Virus record (IMG/VR): IMGVR_UViG_3300008113_000019
Coordinates: 1-64,000 of that record
DNA from: a virus
Taxonomy: Duplodnaviria; Caudoviricetes
Direction: 5' to 3' (one strand)
DNA: 64,000 bases
The notes beneath the pieces are model-generated. The model was not told the origin of the DNA, made no database searches, and saw only the letters and a list, made by a program, of their open reading frames with translations. A program made the position numbers and the translations under genes. Positions 62,806 through 64,000 of this stretch are shown here, one piece after another. How positions within the stretch are numbered: the first letter of the stretch is position 1; each line of letters starts with the position of its first letter.

Positions 62806-64000
62806 TGGCATTAAAGGTTCTTATCACTGCCATCGACACAACCAACACGGCTAAATCTTTTGGCATCGTTGGTTCTGTTTTACTTAATGAAAGTGATATT
62901 AAAAGAGCTGCAAAACCAATTGCAGCCAACGACGATGCAGTTTCTTATCAAAAAACAGAATTAAACTCTAAAAAACTAGTTGCCGTTATAGATCAACTTT
63001 CTATAATGGACAACTTGTTTAAACAAAAGCTAACTAATCAAAAAATTGCATATCAAAATAATAAATTGAATGAGCAAGAAGATAGAATAGAGCGACAAAG
63101 CCGATTAGAAAAACTCAAAGACGCAGAAAAAGTTCACGGCTCAGAAGAAGGCGGACTTGGATTTCTGGCGCTTGCAGGTATTGGTTTGTTGGCATATGAT
63201 CCTATTATGAACGCAATTAAAGGTGTTGTAGATTTTACTGTTGAAGCCGGGACGTTCATTTCAGACACTGTAAAAGAGATTACCTCGTTTTTTAATGGTT
63301 TTTTGCCAGACGAACCAGAAGAAGAATCAATAGAAACCACGGCGCTTCCAACAGCATTACCTGCCGGAACTCTCAGAGGTCAAGCGGAAGCCGGTGTTAC
63401 GAACCCTCCACCACCTCCACCGGCTCCCGTTGATGCAAAACCGATTCCGCCGCCTGCTAAACCAGCCGGATCGCTGAGAGGCCAAGCTGAAGCGGGTGAT
63501 TATAAGAAACCGGTTGTAACAGCAGGTCCGACCCAAGAATCTAAACCAGCTACAAGTTCTAAGCAAGTAAAAGATGATAGAAGTTGGTGGGAACGAAATG
63601 CACCAAGTTGGGCGGGCGGGAAATCAGCACCAAGTGCCCAGTCTGGACAACAGGAATCAGCGGCAAAGTCGCCTTCAAGTAAAGTGATTAAAGTTAGCCA
63701 TCCTTCTACTGGAGAAGGATGGGGTATTGCTGGCGCCAACGATCAAAGAGGGCGTCCTGTAGTATTCACTAAAGAAGGCGCTGAAGCTTTTTATAAGATG
63801 ATGATAGATTCGAATGGCGTGGTAAAGCCGAGCGACGTTACGAGCAGTAAAAGAACGCGTGCGTATCAAGAAGAAATGAAAAAGCAGGGTTATAATCCTG
63901 CGACAAGATCACTTCATTTAAGTGGCCTTGCTATGGACATTCATGGTGAATCAAACGCTTGGATAAAAAAGCACGGTGCTAAGTATGGGTGGGTAGAAAA
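62805..64000 (+). CDS. Tape-measure-like/ejected protein with an M15 (VanY-like) peptidase domain (partial; absent from ORF track)
   Basis: ATG at 62805 (TAATG overlap), open to the window end: MALKVLITAIDTT..., hydrophobic GGLGFLALAGIGLLA, Pro-rich linker, SSKRTRAYQ...SLHLSGLAMDI (SxHxxGxAxD)...WIKKHGAKYGW. Confidence 0.75.
   Translation, partial: MALKVLITAIDTTNTAKSFGIVGSVLLNESDIKRAAKPIAANDDAVSYQKTELNSKKLVAVIDQLSIMDNLFKQKLTNQKIAYQNNKLNEQEDRIERQSRLEKLKDAEKVHGSEEGGLGFLALAGIGLLAYDPIMNAIKGVVDFTVEAGTFISDTVKEITSFFNGFLPDEPEEESIETTALPTALPAGTLRGQAEAGVTNPPPPPPAPVDAKPIPPPAKPAGSLRGQAEAGDYKKPVVTAGPTQESKPATSSKQVKDDRSWWERNAPSWAGGKSAPSAQSGQQESAAKSPSSKVIKVSHPSTGEGWGIAGANDQRGRPVVFTKEGAEAFYKMMIDSNGVVKPSDVTSSKRTRAYQEEMKKQGYNPATRSLHLSGLAMDIHGESNAWIKKHGAKYGWVE

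Noticed and set aside
1-64000. Stop-codon reassignment, introns/inteins, tRNA or rRNA genes
   Set aside because: Core genes are intact in the standard code and use TAA, TGA and TAG stops; terminase and portal have normal lengths; intergenic gaps are too short and no cloverleaf was seen

Overview
This 64-kb window is the virion-morphogenesis region of a large T4-like (Tevenvirinae/Kyanoviridae-type) myophage. The host is possibly an alphaproteobacterium (weak inference). Minus strand, from the window start: a partial internal/prohead-core protein, gp67-like, portal gp20, tube gp19, sheath gp18, terminase gp17/gp16, gp15, neck gp14/gp13. Next is a ~26-kb accessory fibre island: a 2OG-Fe(II) oxygenase, two paralogous adhesin-like proteins, a small lipoprotein, four collagen-like (Gly-X-Y, GFTGS-rich) fibres, three LamG-like proteins and an oppositely oriented glycosyltransferase/methyltransferase cassette. 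Then come VrlC-like proteins and the baseplate genes gp8, gp7-like, gp6, gp25, gp5, hub, gp53 and gp48. The plus-strand block holds gp4, gp2, a gp54/tube-like gene, gp26/gp51-like genes and two tape-measure-like proteins with muralytic domains, with an antisense NUMOD3-only gene inserted. T4 late promoters (TATAAATA) mark the operons. Best leads: (1) a candidate phage-encoded system for modifying (glycosylating/methylating/hydroxylating) Thr-rich collagen fibres and AN(T/S)-rich virion surfaces; (2) an apparent lambda G/GT-type -1 frameshift between the gp26- and gp51-like genes; (3) a 'socket and plug' code that could build a branched fibre tree; (4) a possibly circularly permuted lambda-R-type lysozyme. 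All family assignments come from motif recognition and synteny by eye; no searches were run.
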